Part shown: one piece after another, positions 63,738 to 64,000 of the stretch
How positions within the stretch are numbered: position 1 is the stretch's first letter
Layout of the letters: every line of letters begins with the position of its first letter
NCBI GenBank assembly: GCA_973895155.1
Contig: OZ316896.1
Location: 14,604,684 to 14,668,683, forward strand
Length of the DNA stretch: 64,000 bases
Reading direction: 5' to 3'
Source of the DNA: Marsupella aquatica
Lineage: Eukaryota; Plantae; Marchantiophyta
Translations under genes and position numbers: made by a program
Notes under the pieces: model-generated
Told to the model about the DNA's origin: nothing
Seen by the model: the letters and a program-made list of their open reading frames with translations, nothing else
The model's database searches: none

Positions 63738-64000
63738 GTACTGGAGCATAGGTACAGGGTTTAGGGTTTGGAGGAGAAACCTCTCCCAGAATTTCATGGG
63801 CGCCCTACATTACGGGTATCCTGATCGACTGCTCGAGGTCGAGAAGTGATTTCAACTGATATTCTGAGCGATGAGAAAACTTAGAAGGCGGATCGATTTG
63901 ATTTGACTCTGTGACGGCAAACTGGGACGATCTGACGCACAAGTAATTGTTGTGGGAAGGAAGCTGGCAGCTCCTTTCCAATTCGCCAAGTTCTTCAGTG

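Overview
Eukaryotic, intron-rich land-plant DNA. Gene structure and protein sequences suggest a bryophyte, possibly a liverwort (inference). Hand-spliced genes: NEDD1/GCP-WD (+, 10 exons, one GC-AG intron), a small DUF3245-like protein (-), AP-2 alpha-adaptin (-, 27 exons), the KAB1-type K+ channel beta subunit/aldo-keto reductase (+), a P-class PPR protein (-), a thylakoid-type small membrane protein with a disrupted 5' exon (+, probable pseudogene) and a USP39/SAD1 with an intronless CDS (-). An orphan ~300-aa ORF with a TM helix and a duplicated GCSRCK module lies next to a 174-bp higher-order tandem repeat. Intergenic DNA holds a family of non-autonomous Helitron-like elements built from tandem arrays, a PIF/Harbinger transposase relic split by a copia-type solo LTR (perfect 5-bp TSD), a second solo LTR inserted into a Helitron 3' end, a MITE and many local tandem duplications. 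No tRNA, rRNA or CRISPR was seen. No new system can be proven from sequence alone. The best candidates are the orphan CxxC-repeat gene with its array, the modular Helitron family, the nested TE cluster and the 62-bp array at the USP39 promoter.
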